Shown: positions 18,177-28,235, counted from the first letter of the stretch. The stretch: DNA of 32,000 nt from Candidatus Midichloria mitochondrii IricVA (GCF_000219355.1 NC_015722.1:1-32000), one strand, 5' to 3'. Notes: generated by a model from the letters alone, not told the origin. Program-made: numbers and translations.

Positions 18177-19004
18177 ATGGCATTAAAAAATTACAATCCT
18201 GTAACAGCAGCTACCCGTCAGCTGGTATTGGTAGATAAGTCTTGCCTATGGAGGGGTAAGCCCGAAAGGTCGTTAGTTAAGGGTATGTCCTCTAGCGGAG
18301 GACGTAATAATTTGGGTAGGATAACTGCTTGGAAAAAAGGTGGTGGGGTTAAGGTAAGATATCGCGTAATTGATTTTTTAAGAAAGAAAATCGACATGGA
18401 AGCGACTGTTGAACGCTTAGAATACGATCCTAATAGAACAGCTTTTATAGCTTTAATTAAGTATACCGACGGCACTTTATCCTATATTATTGCTCCACAG
18501 GATTTAAAAGTTAGGGATAAGATAATATCCGCAGAAAGCGCTGATATTAAAGTGGGAAATACTATTCCTCTTAAAAATATTCCAATTGGTACAGTTGTTC
18601 ATAACGTAGAGATGAAACCTGGCAAAGGCGGTCAGATAGCCAGATCAGCTGGAGCATTTGTGCAGTTGGTTGGTAAAGACGCTGATTATGCATTAATCAG
18701 ATTGCGTTCAGGGGAAACCAGAAAAGTTTTAGCTAATTGTAGAGCAACTATTGGTACTGTTTCTAATCCGGATAATCAAAATATAAAATTTGGGAAAGCT
18801 GGAAGAAAACGTTGGCTAGGAATTAGACCTACAGTTCGAGGTGTTGCAATGAACCCTGTTGACCACCCACATGGTGGCGGTGGAGGTAAAACTTCAGGTG
18901 GTAGGCATCCTGTAACGCCGTGGGGCAAGCCAACCAAAGGTAAGAAAACAAGAAACAATAAGCGTACTAATAGATATATAATTAATTCAAGGCATAAAAG
19001 GTAA
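18177..19004 (+). CDS. rplB: 50S ribosomal protein L2
   Basis: 275 aa with '[17 protein letters not shown]', '[19 protein letters not shown]' and '[18 protein letters not shown]'. Confidence 0.97.
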   Translation: MALKNYNPVTAATRQLVLVDKSCLWRGKPERSLVKGMSSSGGRNNLGRITAWKKGGGVKVRYRVIDFLRKKIDMEATVERLEYDPNRTAFIALIKYTDGTLSYIIAPQDLKVRDKIISAESADIKVGNTIPLKNIPIGTVVHNVEMKPGKGGQIARSAGAFVQLVGKDADYALIRLRSGETRKVLANCRATIGTVSNPDNQNIKFGKAGRKRWLGIRPTVRGVAMNPVDHPHGGGGGKTSGGRHPVTPWGKPTKGKKTRNNKRTNRYIINSRHKR

Positions 19005-19009
19005 TTAAT

Positions 19010-19291
19010 ATGGGTAAGAGATCTGTTTGGAAAGGGCCTTTTGTAGATTCTCATTTGTTAAAAAAGGCAACAGAAGTTATGCAACAGGGGAAACATACAG
19101 TAATAAAGACATGGTCTAGAAGATCTACCATATTGCCTATTTTTGTTGGTTTGAATTTTGCCGTATATAACGGAAAAAAATTTATCCCTGTTCCGGTTAC
19201 TGAAAGAATGATTGGAAAAAAATTTGGGGAGTTTTCGCCAACAAGGACTTTCACTGGGCACGGGGCTAATAGAAAAGCAACTAGGGCATAA
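19010..19291 (+). CDS. rpsS: 30S ribosomal protein S19
   Basis: 93 aa with '[10 protein letters not shown]', '[16 protein letters not shown]' and '[12 protein letters not shown]'. Confidence 0.96.
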   Translation: MGKRSVWKGPFVDSHLLKKATEVMQQGKHTVIKTWSRRSTILPIFVGLNFAVYNGKKFIPVPVTERMIGKKFGEFSPTRTFTGHGANRKATRA

Positions 19292-19297
19292 AGGATT

Positions 19298-19660
19298 ATG
19301 AAGAAAGGTATAATTGAGCTTAAAAAAGAGGCGATTGCCAAAGCTACTGCAGTAAAAGCTAGCGTACAAAAGCTTAAACTGGTTGCTGATATCATTCGCG
19401 GAATGACTGTAGCTGAAGCATTGTTACAGTTACAATTTTGTAAAAGAAAAGTAGCTCAGGATATTAAAGCTGTGCTACATTCTGCAATAGCAAATGCAGA
19501 AAATAATGACGGTATGGATATTGATAAACTTTATGTTTCTACTATCCATCTTGGTAAATCTTTTGTCTTAAAAAGATTTCATCCAAGAGGTAGAGGACGC
19601 GCTGCCTCTATTAAAAAGCCATTTAGTAATATTACCATTTGTGTTAGTGAGAGAGGATAA
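19298..19660 (+). CDS. rplV: 50S ribosomal protein L22
   Basis: 120 aa with 'KLKLVADIIRGMTVAEALLQLQF' and 'KRFHPRGRGRAASIKKPFSNITI'. Confidence 0.95.
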   Translation: MKKGIIELKKEAIAKATAVKASVQKLKLVADIIRGMTVAEALLQLQFCKRKVAQDIKAVLHSAIANAENNDGMDIDKLYVSTIHLGKSFVLKRFHPRGRGRAASIKKPFSNITICVSERG

Positions 19661-19669
19661 AAGCAAATT

Positions 19670-20338
19670 ATGGGTCAGAAGGTAAATCCGATAAGCTTAC
19701 GGTTAGGTATAGATGGGTTGAACAATTGGAGTTCTATCTGGTATGCCAGTAAAGATTATGCTGATAAACTGCACCAAGATCTTAGAATTAGAAAGTGTGT
19801 GCAGGCTTCCTTGTCAGGTGCCGGGATTAGCAAAATAAAAATAGAACGCTTAGCAAAAAAAGTTAAAGTTACAATTAATGCAGCAAGACCTGGCATCATT
19901 ATTGGTAGCAAAGGTAAAGATATCAATAAAGTTAAACAAGCTATTGAAGCAATTACACGTAATACCAAAGGTGGCATCACAGAAAGCGAAGTAATTATCA
20001 ATGTAGTAGAAGTTAAGAAGCCTGATCTGGATGCAACTATCGTAGCTCAAAATTTGGCACAGCAGCTGGAGAAAAGAATATCTTTCAGAAAAGCAGCGAA
20101 GCGTTTAATACAAAATGCGATGCGGATGGGAGCAGAAGGCATCAAGATTAAGATTAGTGGTAGGATTGGTGGTGCAGAAATTGCTCGTGACCAACAGTAT
20201 AATGAAGGAAGAGTTCCTTTACATACTTTGAGAATGATGATAGATTACGGCACTGCTGAAGCTCATACCACTTATGGCCGTATTGGTGTTAAAGTTTGGG
20301 TATGTAAAGGGCAGAAAAGCTCTATTAATATAGAATAA
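19670..20338 (+). CDS. rpsC: 30S ribosomal protein S3
   Basis: 222 aa with 'MGQKVNPISLRLG', 'RPGIIIGSKGKDI' and 'GRIGGAEIARDQQYNEGRVPLHTL'. Confidence 0.97.
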   Translation: MGQKVNPISLRLGIDGLNNWSSIWYASKDYADKLHQDLRIRKCVQASLSGAGISKIKIERLAKKVKVTINAARPGIIIGSKGKDINKVKQAIEAITRNTKGGITESEVIINVVEVKKPDLDATIVAQNLAQQLEKRISFRKAAKRLIQNAMRMGAEGIKIKISGRIGGAEIARDQQYNEGRVPLHTLRMMIDYGTAEAHTTYGRIGVKVWVCKGQKSSINIE

Positions 20339-20356
20339 TTGCTTTGAGTATAAGAG

Positions 20357-20773
20357 ATGTTGAGTCCTAAAAAAACAAAATTTCGTAAAGCCTTTAAAGG
20401 TAGAATACATGGTAATGCAAAAGGCGGTTTTGAACTTAACTTTGGGGTTTTTGGCTTGAAGGCTTTAGAGCCTGAGAGGATTACTGCAAGGCAAATAGAG
20501 GCGGCAAGAAAGGCTATAAATAGGCATTTAAGGCGTGTTGGAAAATTATGGATTAGAATTTTTCCCGATGTGCCAGTGAGTAGAAAGCCCGCAGAGGTAA
20601 GGATGGGTAGCGGTAAAGGCTCACCAGAATTTTGGGTTTCTCGCGTGAAGCCGGGCAGAGTTCTTTTTGAATTAGATGGGGTGACCGAGGATCAGGCGCG
20701 TGGTGCATTTGAACGTGCTGGTGCAAAGCTTGGAATAAAAACTAAATTTGTAAAAAGATTAGGGGAAGAATAG
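20357..20773 (+). CDS. rplP: 50S ribosomal protein L16
   Basis: 138 aa with '[16 protein letters not shown]', '[19 protein letters not shown]' and '[28 protein letters not shown]'. Confidence 0.97.
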   Translation: MLSPKKTKFRKAFKGRIHGNAKGGFELNFGVFGLKALEPERITARQIEAARKAINRHLRRVGKLWIRIFPDVPVSRKPAEVRMGSGKGSPEFWVSRVKPGRVLFELDGVTEDQARGAFERAGAKLGIKTKFVKRLGEE

Positions 20774-20775
20774 TC

Positions 20776-20982
20776 ATGAAGGCTAAAGATTTAAGAGGTA
20801 TGTCAGAAAAGGAATTGATTGATCAATTAATTTCTTTTAAAAAGGAAAGCATGAATTTGCGTTTTAGAAAAACTTCTGCGGAGCTAACTGATAATTCAAA
20901 AATTAGAGCAGCAAGAAGAAATATAGCGAGAATTAACACTGTTATTGTTGAGAAGAGAAGTGCTGCAAAGCACTCTTCATAA
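20776..20982 (+). CDS. rpmC: 50S ribosomal protein L29
   Basis: 68 aa with 'KAKDLRGMSEKELIDQLISFKKESMNLRFR'. Its position between rplP and rpsQ fits. Confidence 0.92.
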   Translation: MKAKDLRGMSEKELIDQLISFKKESMNLRFRKTSAELTDNSKIRAARRNIARINTVIVEKRSAAKHSS

Positions 20983-21004
20983 TTAAAAGAGAAGTAGAAG
21001 TATT

Positions 21005-21232
21005 ATGCCAAAGCGAATTTTAAAAGGTGTTGTTGTGGGAGCGTCAGCTAATAAAACTATTTCAGTATTAGTTGAGCGTGATGTAATGCACCCAATTTAT
21101 CGTAAACCAGTGCGTTGTAGTAAAAAGTACGCGGCTCATGATGAGCATAATAAATATAAGGTAGGGGATATAGTGGAGATAATTGAGTCTGCGCCTATAT
21201 CAAAAACCAAAAAATGGATTGTTGCTGCATAA
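21005..21232 (+). CDS. rpsQ: 30S ribosomal protein S17
   Basis: 75 aa with '[30 protein letters not shown]...[31 protein letters not shown]'. Confidence 0.95.
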   Translation: MPKRILKGVVVGASANKTISVLVERDVMHPIYRKPVRCSKKYAAHDEHNKYKVGDIVEIIESAPISKTKKWIVAA

Positions 21233-21253
21233 AAAACATAGTAAGGTGATTGT

Positions 21254-21622
21254 ATGATACAAATGGGAACAAGATGTGAGGTCGCCGATAACAGTGGGGC
21301 CCAAGTCGCTAAGTGCATAAAGATATTGGGCGGTGCTGGTAAGATGATAGGTGGCATAGGGGACGTTGTAGTTGTTTCTATAGGGGATGCGATTCCTAAA
21401 GCTAGGGTTAAGAAGGGAGAAGTTTACAAAGCTGTTGTTGTAAGAACTGCTAAAGAAGCTAAACGCAATGATAGTAGCGTAGTAAAGTTCGATAAGAATG
21501 CGGTTGTGTTGTTAAATAAACAAGGTGAGCCAGTTGGTACAAGGGTATTTGGGCCGATCCCTAGAGAACTAAGAGCAAAAAATTTTATGAAAATAATATC
21601 ATTAGCGCCAGAGGTACTATAA
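21254..21622 (+). CDS. rplN: 50S ribosomal protein L14
   Basis: 122 aa with '[16 protein letters not shown]', '[12 protein letters not shown]' and '[13 protein letters not shown]'. Confidence 0.97.
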   Translation: MIQMGTRCEVADNSGAQVAKCIKILGGAGKMIGGIGDVVVVSIGDAIPKARVKKGEVYKAVVVRTAKEAKRNDSSVVKFDKNAVVLLNKQGEPVGTRVFGPIPRELRAKNFMKIISLAPEVL

Positions 21623-21626
21623 ATAT

Positions 21627-21953
21627 ATGACATCAAAGAAGTTTAGGCGTGATGATGAGGTGTTTGTCATCGCAGGCAAAGATAAGGGTAAGAAAGGAAA
21701 GATAACTAAAGTCATACCTGATAAGGGTAGAGTGATCGTTTCTGGTATTAATATTGCTAAAAGGCATGTGAAGCCTAGTAAGAAGGTGCCAAGTGGCGGT
21801 GTTATTCCAAAGGAAATGCCGATGGATATTTCGAATTTATCTCATATCGACCCAAAATCTGGCATACCAACCAGAGTGGGTTTTAAATTTTTGGAAGATG
21901 GAAGAAAAGTTCGTTATGCAAAAAAATCTGGTGAATTAATAGATAAAATATAG
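21627..21953 (+). CDS. rplX: 50S ribosomal protein L24
   Basis: 108 aa with the KOW motif '[23 protein letters not shown]' and '[14 protein letters not shown]'. Confidence 0.95.
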   Translation: MTSKKFRRDDEVFVIAGKDKGKKGKITKVIPDKGRVIVSGINIAKRHVKPSKKVPSGGVIPKEMPMDISNLSHIDPKSGIPTRVGFKFLEDGRKVRYAKKSGELIDKI

Positions 21954-21971
21954 AGGAAAGAAGTGATTAAT

Positions 21972-22517
21972 ATGTCTAAAGCTCGTTTAGAAAAGCATTA
22001 TTTATCAGTTGTATTGCCGTTCTTGCAGAAAAAATTTGGCTATAAAAACATAATGCAAGCACCTCGTATTGAGAAAGTTGTGATTAACATGGGCATTAAG
22101 GATGCTGTTAGTGATAGTAAAGTTATGGATCAAATAGTGGCTGAATTGATGCTAATTACTGGACAGAAGCCTATAGTAACTAAAGCCGCTAAATCTATTG
22201 CGGCTTTTAAACTTCGCAAAGGTATGCCGATTGGTTGTAAAGTTACCTTGAGAAAGAAAATGATGTATGAATTTTTAGATAGGCTAATCAATATAGCTCT
22301 TCCTCGTGGTAAAGATTTTAGGGGTTTGAGTTCAAAGCAATTTGATGGCGACGGTAACTTTGCTTTTGGTTTGAAAGAGCATACTGTGTTCCCTGAAATT
22401 GATTATGATAAAATTACTACCATTAGAGGTATGGGTATTGTTGTAGTCACCAATGCTAAAAACAACGAAGAATCAAAAGCTTTACTAGAAGGCTTTAATG
22501 TTCCTTTTATATCTTAA
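21972..22517 (+). CDS. rplE: 50S ribosomal protein L5
   Basis: 'MSKARLEKHY...KFGYKNIMQAPRIEKVVINMG' and 'DGDGNFAFGLKEHTVFPEIDYDK'. I chose ATG 21972, preceded by GAGGAAAG, over the upstream GTG 21963 reported in the ORF track. Confidence 0.93.
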   Translation: MSKARLEKHYLSVVLPFLQKKFGYKNIMQAPRIEKVVINMGIKDAVSDSKVMDQIVAELMLITGQKPIVTKAAKSIAAFKLRKGMPIGCKVTLRKKMMYEFLDRLINIALPRGKDFRGLSSKQFDGDGNFAFGLKEHTVFPEIDYDKITTIRGMGIVVVTNAKNNEESKALLEGFNVPFIS

Positions 22518-22536
22518 TTCATTTTAACGAGACAAG

Positions 22537-22842
22537 ATGGCAAAAACTAGTATAGTACAAAGAAACAAAAAAAGAATAAGAATGGCAGATGACAATCGAG
22601 CCAAGAGACAAGAATTAAAAGATGTGATATATAACAAAAATCTTTCATTAGAAGAAAGATTTCAGGCACAGCTTAAATTGGCTAAGATACCAAGGAATAG
22701 TTCGAAAACTAGAATCCGCAATATGTGTGAAATCACAGGACGTGCTAAAGGGTTCTATAGAGATTTCAAAGTTTCGCGGATTTGTTTAAGAGAGTTGGCA
22801 TCCGAGGGCTTGTTGCCTGGTGTTAAAAAGGCTAGTTGGTAA
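22537..22842 (+). CDS. rpsN: 30S ribosomal protein S14 (long form)
   Basis: 101 aa with '[13 protein letters not shown]', '[54 protein letters not shown]'. Confidence 0.96.
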   Translation: MAKTSIVQRNKKRIRMADDNRAKRQELKDVIYNKNLSLEERFQAQLKLAKIPRNSSKTRIRNMCEITGRAKGFYRDFKVSRICLRELASEGLLPGVKKASW

Positions 22843-22856
22843 TTAAGGGGTATTAG

Positions 22857-23255
22857 ATGTCTAGGTCAGATTTATTAGCTGATGTATTAACAAGAATCAG
22901 AAATGGGCAAAAGGCTAATCATGCTTTTGTTATTGCTCATTCTTCCAAGCTTGTAAGAAATGTTTTATCAGTAATGCTGGAAGAAGGCTATATTGAAGGT
23001 TTTGAAGAATTTACTGAGCGTGCCGGGATTAATATGTTAAAGATCGATTTGAAGTATTATAGGGGCAAGCCAGTTATAGAAGAACTCCAGAAAGTATCTA
23101 AACCTGGGCGTAAGGTTTACTCAGCGATTAGTGATTTAGAAAAAATGTACGGAGGCTTAGGGGTAGTTATAGTTTCAACTTCTAAAGGAGTTATATCCGA
23201 CGCTGCAGCCAGAAGAATGGGTATAGGCGGTGAAGTTCTTTGTAAGGTCTTTTAA
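22857..23255 (+). CDS. rpsH: 30S ribosomal protein S8
   Basis: 132 aa with 'DLLADVLTRIRNGQKA' and 'GLGVVIVSTSKGVISDAAARRMGIGGEVLCKVF'. Confidence 0.96.
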   Translation: MSRSDLLADVLTRIRNGQKANHAFVIAHSSKLVRNVLSVMLEEGYIEGFEEFTERAGINMLKIDLKYYRGKPVIEELQKVSKPGRKVYSAISDLEKMYGGLGVVIVSTSKGVISDAAARRMGIGGEVLCKVF

Positions 23256-23268
23256 TTTATGGTAAATT

Positions 23269-23805
23269 ATGTCTAGAATAGGTAAGCTTCCAATCATGGT
23301 CGATTCGTCGGTACAGGTGATGTTAAAAGATAATCACCTTAAAGTACAAGGCAAAAATGGCGCATTAGAAAAGGTTTTTGCTAAAGAGGTTAATTTGTCG
23401 TTTGCGGATGGTAAAGTTACTGTGCAGCCAATCGACAAAAACAATGTGCGCGCAAGAGCTATGTGGGGTCTGTCGCGTACGTTGATTTCCAATATGGTAA
23501 AAGGTGTGCACGAAGGTTGGACTGAGCGATTAGAGATGACAGGGGTTGGTTATAAAGCTACTGTATCCGATGGTATACTTGTTTTGTCATTAGGTTATAG
23601 TCATGATATCATGTATGCTTTCCCAAAAGGGATAGAAATTAAATGTGAAAAACCAACATCTATATCTATATTTGGAGCGGATAAGCAATTGGTAGGGCAG
23701 GTTGCTGCGGAAATTCGTCAATTAAGAAAACCGGAGCCTTATAAAGGTAAAGGTATAAGATATGCAACTGAAACTATAAGAAGAAAAGAAAACAAGAAGA
23801 AGTAG
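23269..23805 (+). CDS. rplF: 50S ribosomal protein L6
   Basis: 178 aa with 'MSRIGKLPI', 'LEMTGVGYKA', 'LSLGYSHDI' and 'PEPYKGKGIRY'. Confidence 0.96.
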   Translation: MSRIGKLPIMVDSSVQVMLKDNHLKVQGKNGALEKVFAKEVNLSFADGKVTVQPIDKNNVRARAMWGLSRTLISNMVKGVHEGWTERLEMTGVGYKATVSDGILVLSLGYSHDIMYAFPKGIEIKCEKPTSISIFGADKQLVGQVAAEIRQLRKPEPYKGKGIRYATETIRRKENKKK

Positions 23806-23817
23806 TAGGTTATAAAA

Positions 23818-24183
23818 ATGTCTAAGAATAACAGAGAGTTAGCTTTAACTAGAGCAAAAAGAGTACGGTATCAATTGAAGCTTAAAGCTGCTGGTAAAAT
23901 GCGTCTAAGTGTTTTTAGGTCTTCACACAATATATATGCACAAGTTATTGATGACAAAAAAGGAGTAACAGTAGTGGCTGCTTCTACTCTTGAAAAAGAT
24001 TTTGCTAGTGATAAAAAATGCAGACGCAATATTGAAACAGCGAGAAAAGTTGGTACATTGATTGCTGAGAGGTTATTAGCAAAAAATATTCAAGAAGTAG
24101 TTTTTGATAGAGGCCCGTATCTATATCATGGTAGAATCAAGGCTCTTGCTGATGCTGCTCGTGAGGGTGGTTTAAAATTTTAA
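23818..24183 (+). CDS. rplR: 50S ribosomal protein L18
   Basis: 121 aa with '[18 protein letters not shown]' and '[28 protein letters not shown]'. Confidence 0.96.
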   Translation: MSKNNRELALTRAKRVRYQLKLKAAGKMRLSVFRSSHNIYAQVIDDKKGVTVVAASTLEKDFASDKKCRRNIETARKVGTLIAERLLAKNIQEVVFDRGPYLYHGRIKALADAAREGGLKF

Positions 24184-24200
24184 TTTGAAATGGTATTTTC

Positions 24201-24743
24201 ATGCAACAAAAAAGTAAAATAGAAAATTCTGATGTTAAAGTAATGGTTGCTAAGGTTGGTAGGTGTGCTAAAGCGGTCAAGGGGGGTAGAAAATTTACCT
24301 TTTCTGTACTGTCAATTGCTGGAGATGGTAAAGGTAAAGTTGGCATAGGCTTAGGAAAAGCTGGTGAAGTTGCTGATGCAAGAGATAAAGCCGAGCAGAA
24401 TGCCAAGAAAAATATGATCAGAGTTCCGTTGCGCGATAGTAGAACGTTGCATCATGATATAGAAATGAAATTTTGTTCAGGAAAAGTTAAAATGAGAGCT
24501 GCTCCTGCGGGTACCGGAATAATCGCCGGAGGCGCTATTCGTGTTTTATGTGAAGTTCTTGGCATTAAAGATATTGTAGTTAAGTCAGTTGCTTCAACAA
24601 ACCCGCATAATATGGTTAAGGCAGCTGTCCATGGGTTGAAAAATATAAAATCTCTTAGGTATATTGCTGAAAAACGTGGCAAAAAAGTAGGGGATATAGT
24701 TGGTGCACGTGAAGCACAAGCTACTAGGTCTCGATTATATTAA
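24201..24743 (+). CDS. rpsE: 30S ribosomal protein S5
   Basis: 180 aa with 'VGRCAKAVKGGRKFTFSVLSIAGDGKGKVGIGLGKAGEV' and 'AAPAGTGIIAGGAIRVLCEVLGIKDI'. Confidence 0.96.
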   Translation: MQQKSKIENSDVKVMVAKVGRCAKAVKGGRKFTFSVLSIAGDGKGKVGIGLGKAGEVADARDKAEQNAKKNMIRVPLRDSRTLHHDIEMKFCSGKVKMRAAPAGTGIIAGGAIRVLCEVLGIKDIVVKSVASTNPHNMVKAAVHGLKNIKSLRYIAEKRGKKVGDIVGAREAQATRSRLY

Positions 24744-24760
24744 TTCATTGGTTTGATATT

Positions 24761-25150
24761 ATGGCTGAGAAAAAGGTTATAAAAGCGGAAGGTGCGAAGA
24801 CTGTAGAAAAAAAGGTAGATAAGCCTACTGAAAAAGCTCCTACTAAAACTAGTCCTGGGAAGATGACTGTGCCTGAAGGAGCAGCGCCCAAGGTGGCTGA
24901 GCTTAAAACGGAAGTAAAAAAGAAAGTGGCTCCTAAGGCTGAAAGAGTTGTAGAGAAAAAGGCACCAAGTAAATCAGAGGGTAAGGTTAAGATTCAGCAA
25001 ATTGCAGGTAGCGCGGGGCGTGATAAGTCTCAAATAGCAACCTTAAAGGGCTTAAATCTTAACAAAACTGGCAAAGTTGCCGAACTTGAAGATACTTCTG
25101 CGGTCAGAGGGATGATAGAGAAGGTGAAGCATTTATTGCGCTTTAAATAA
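24761..25150 (+). CDS. rpmD: 50S ribosomal protein L30 with a ~74-aa Lys/Ala/Pro/Glu-rich N-terminal extension
   Basis: The C-terminal 55 aa 'KVKIQQIAGSAGRDKSQIATLKGLNLNKTGKVAELEDTSAVRGMIEKVKHLLRFK' form the L30 domain. The 129-aa frame is open back to ATG 24761, and no ATG/GTG/TTG lies near the domain start. Confidence 0.85.
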   Translation: MAEKKVIKAEGAKTVEKKVDKPTEKAPTKTSPGKMTVPEGAAPKVAELKTEVKKKVAPKAERVVEKKAPSKSEGKVKIQQIAGSAGRDKSQIATLKGLNLNKTGKVAELEDTSAVRGMIEKVKHLLRFK

Positions 25151-25168
25151 CTTGATAGAGAAGAAGGT

Positions 25169-25618
25169 ATGTTAAATTTATTGAGAGACAATCCTGGAGC
25201 TAGAAAAAAGAGCAAAGCTTTAGGTAGAGGAATTGGGTCTGGAAAAGGTAAAACTTCTGCGAGAGGAGGAAAAGGGCAGACCGCAAGAACCGGTGTTGCT
25301 CTTAATGGGTTTGAAGGCGGACAAACGCCTTTACACAGAAGATTGCCAAAACGTGGTTTCAAAAGCATTAATAAGGCTATATTTGAAGTAATTAATCTAC
25401 AAGATATAGAAAATATTGTTGCAGATAAAAAAATTACCTCTAATGAGATTAATGAGGAAATATTAAAGGATTTAGGATTTTTAAGCGGTCATAATAAAAG
25501 AGTTAAACTGTTGGGGAAGGGAACTTTAAATTCTAAAATTTCTATAAGGGTTCATGCTGTTTCTACTGCTGCTAGAACTGCTATCGAGTCCTTAGGTGGA
25601 GAAGTGGAAATTATATAA
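25169..25618 (+). CDS. rplO: 50S ribosomal protein L15
   Basis: 149 aa with 'LGRGIGSGKGKTSARGGKGQTARTG' and 'FEGGQTPLHRRLPKRGF'. Confidence 0.96.
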   Translation: MLNLLRDNPGARKKSKALGRGIGSGKGKTSARGGKGQTARTGVALNGFEGGQTPLHRRLPKRGFKSINKAIFEVINLQDIENIVADKKITSNEINEEILKDLGFLSGHNKRVKLLGKGTLNSKISIRVHAVSTAARTAIESLGGEVEII

Positions 25619-25684
25619 TTTATTAATTCGTATTACAGTACGAGCAAGCTTTGCAAAGTATTTTTTAATTTAGGTTATTGCCAG

Positions 25685-27022
25685 ATGTCTTTAGTTATGA
25701 CTAAACGTTCTCTTGAAGTGTTTGCTAAAAAGCCTTCTTCTGGTGAGTTAACGGCTAAAATATTTTTTATAATATTTGCTCTTTTTCTCTATAGGTTAGG
25801 AACATATATTCCGCTCCCAGGAGTGAACACGCTCGCCGTGAGTCAAATAGCTAGCCGGCAATCAGGTGGTATACTTGGCATGTTTAATATGTTTACAGGT
25901 GGCGCACTAGGCAGGATGTCGATTTTTGCCTTAAATATTATGCCATATATTACTGCTTCAATTATCATGCAACTTATGGCAGTTATATCTGGCGATATAA
26001 GCGCTTTAAAGAAAGACGGAGAAGCTGGACGCAAAAAAATCAATCAGTACACTAAGTATTTAACTGTTGTATTAGCTTTATCACAAGGATACGGTATAGC
26101 AGTTGGCATAGAATCTATGAACTCCGCAACCCTAGAAGTTGTTTTAAATCCAGGTTTGAATTTTAGAATTATTGCCTCACTTAGCTTGCTAGGAGGCACA
26201 ATGTTTGTTGTTTGGCTAGGGGATCAGATCACATCAAGAAATTTAGGTAACGGTAGCTCTTTAATTATTTTTACCGGAATTGTTGCTGGTCTCCCTTCTG
26301 CTTTAGCGTCACTATTTGAAATGGGACGGACTGGAGCCATTTCAACATTTTTCATTTTAGCAGTAATTGTGATGGCCTCAGGTTTAATATTTGGCATCAT
26401 TTTTATTGAAAGAGCGCAAAGAAAAATTACTGTGCAATATCCAAAACGCCAAGTAGGCAACAAAGTTTATGCAGGAGATTCAACCCATTTACCCTTGAAG
26501 CTGAATACTTCCGGAGTTATACCTCCCATTTTTGCTAGCTCAATTTTGCTTTTTCCGATGACAATAGTAAATTTCATGAGTACCAGTGAGCCTGGGGCGT
26601 GGAAGCAATTTATAGCTATGAACTTAGCTCATGGTAAACCACTTTATATAGTGCTATATGTTGTAATGATATTTTTCTTTGGTTTTTTCTATACTTCAGT
26701 TGTATTTAATCCTGATGAAACTGCGGAAAATTTATGCAAAAATGGTGCAATCGTGCTTGGCAGAAGACCAGGTAAGCATACTGCGGAATATCTTGATTAT
26801 GTTTTGACCAGGTTAACGGTTATTGGTGGTATATATTTATCTATTGTTTGTATTATTCCTGAAATACTCATGACAAGCTACGCAGTTCCTTTTTATCTTG
26901 GCGGCACTAGCCTCTTAATAGTAGTAAATGTTGTTATGGATCTATTTACTAGAATCCAAACCTATTTCCTCACTTCTCAGTATCATTATTTACTAAAAAA
27001 GAATAAGATTGGGATACATTAA
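25685..27022 (+). CDS. secY: Protein translocase subunit SecY
   Basis: 445 aa and multi-pass hydrophobic, with 'IPLPGVN', 'LGMFNMFTGGALGRMSIFALNIMPYITASIIMQL', 'WLGDQITSRNLGNGSSLIIF' and 'GGTSLLIVV'. The exact start is uncertain: 25685 or an internal Met. Confidence 0.95.
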   Translation: MSLVMTKRSLEVFAKKPSSGELTAKIFFIIFALFLYRLGTYIPLPGVNTLAVSQIASRQSGGILGMFNMFTGGALGRMSIFALNIMPYITASIIMQLMAVISGDISALKKDGEAGRKKINQYTKYLTVVLALSQGYGIAVGIESMNSATLEVVLNPGLNFRIIASLSLLGGTMFVVWLGDQITSRNLGNGSSLIIFTGIVAGLPSALASLFEMGRTGAISTFFILAVIVMASGLIFGIIFIERAQRKITVQYPKRQVGNKVYAGDSTHLPLKLNTSGVIPPIFASSILLFPMTIVNFMSTSEPGAWKQFIAMNLAHGKPLYIVLYVVMIFFFGFFYTSVVFNPDETAENLCKNGAIVLGRRPGKHTAEYLDYVLTRLTVIGGIYLSIVCIIPEILMTSYAVPFYLGGTSLLIVVNVVMDLFTRIQTYFLTSQYHYLLKKNKIGIH

Positions 27023-27675
27023 TGCGGTTGATTTTATTGGGAGCGCCTGGTGTTGGTAAAGGGACTCAAGGGATGAAGCTTGCAGAGTTTTATAGCATAC
27101 CAAAATTATCGACAGGCGAAATACTTAGGAATGAGGTTAATTCGAAGACCGAGTTAGGCCTGCATATCGCTGAAATACTTAAAAAGGGTATGCTAGTTTC
27201 GGATGGTATTGTAGAAAAAATAGTAGCTGAAAAACTTTCGAATAGCTATGGAAATGGTTTTATACTTGACGGCTTTCCAAGAACGTTACATCAGGCAGTT
27301 TACTTGTCAGAAATTCTTCAAGAATTGCCAGTAGATGGCACATTTGTCATTAATATAGAAATGAATTTTGAGAAACTAATCCCGAGACTTTCAAATAGAG
27401 TGACCTGTGCAGATTGCGTGTATACTTTCAACGGCGATATTACTGATGTAAAGTTGATGACTTGCCCTAAGTGTGGTAGCAAAAATTGTTATCAGCGCGA
27501 TGACGACAAAAAAGAATCAATAATCAAGCGCTTAGCCGTATATGATGAATTAACAAAACCAATGATTGATTATTACCGTAATCAAAGGTGTTGGATTGAA
27601 GTTGATGGAGATAACACGATTGATTTCGTGTTTAATAGTATAATTGCTTCTATTAAGCAGAAAATTGTTGTGTAG
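27022..27675 (+). CDS. adk: Adenylate kinase (Cys4 zinc-type LID)
   Basis: 217 aa with the P-loop 'GAPGVGKGTQ', 'ILDGFPRT', and LID cysteines 'CADC...CPKCG'. The start overlaps the secY stop. Confidence 0.95.
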   Translation: MRLILLGAPGVGKGTQGMKLAEFYSIPKLSTGEILRNEVNSKTELGLHIAEILKKGMLVSDGIVEKIVAEKLSNSYGNGFILDGFPRTLHQAVYLSEILQELPVDGTFVINIEMNFEKLIPRLSNRVTCADCVYTFNGDITDVKLMTCPKCGSKNCYQRDDDKKESIIKRLAVYDELTKPMIDYYRNQRCWIEVDGDNTIDFVFNSIIASIKQKIVV

Positions 27676-27679
27676 ATAC

Positions 27680-27722
27680 GAATATGGAGGTAGTATGTCC
27701 CATATTCAAAATTTATTTTTTT
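27680..27722 (+). terminator. Possible intrinsic terminator after adk
   Basis: A perfect 8-bp stem, GAATATGG (27680-27687) with CCATATTC (27700-27707), closes a 12-nt loop and is followed by AAAATTTATTTTTTT (T7 at 27716-27722). The T run is not directly adjacent to the stem, so this is tentative. Confidence 0.35.
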
Positions 27723-27776
27723 AATAAAGTAAGGCGTTTCTGACTAATCTTGAGTACAGAAAACGGCTAATGTTTA

Positions 27777-27804
27777 TTGACTTATTGAGGATTTTAGTTA
27801 GAAT
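27777..27804 (+). promoter_or_regulatory. Candidate sigma70-type promoter for rpsM-rpsK-rpoA-rplQ
   Basis: TTGACT (27777-27782), a 16-nt spacer, then TAGAAT (27799-27804), about 53 nt upstream of the rpsM GTG. This is a pattern match only. Confidence 0.3.
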
Positions 27805-27857
27805 CTTACTCCGCTTTGTCAAGTTTTGTATGTTAAATTTTTAAGATAGAGGTTTCG

Positions 27858-28235
27858 GTGGCCCGTATAGCTGGCGTTAATATTCCTACGAATAAAAAAG
27901 TTGGTGTTGCTCTTACATATATATATGGTATAGGTGACTTAAGTTCTTCTAAAATTTGCCGGCAGGCATCTATTGATGGCAATAAGAGAGTACATGAACT
28001 AACTGATGGTGAAATAATCAAGTTAAGAGAAGTTATTGATTCTAATTATAAAGTAGAAGGTGATCTGCGTAGGGAAATCTCTACAAATATAAAGAATTTA
28101 ATTGATATTAAATGTTATCGTGGAACAAGGCACATTAGAAGATTGCCTGTAAGGGGTCAGCGTACGCATACTAACGCTCGGACTAGGAAGGGCAAAGCTA
28201 TTGCTATTGCCGGCAAGAAGAAAGTAGCTAAATAG
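27858..28235 (+). CDS. rpsM: 30S ribosomal protein S13
   Basis: 125 aa with a GTG start, 'ARIAGVNIP', 'ALTYIYGIG' and '[26 protein letters not shown]'. Confidence 0.96.
   Translation: MARIAGVNIPTNKKVGVALTYIYGIGDLSSSKICRQASIDGNKRVHELTDGEIIKLREVIDSNYKVEGDLRREISTNIKNLIDIKCYRGTRHIRRLPVRGQRTHTNARTRKGKAIAIAGKKKVAK

Noticed and set aside
27430-27500. Cys4 (CADC...CPKCG) LID in adenylate kinase, considered as an unusual feature.
   Set aside because: Zinc-binding Cys4 LIDs are a well-known adenylate kinase variant, so this is a normal family feature.
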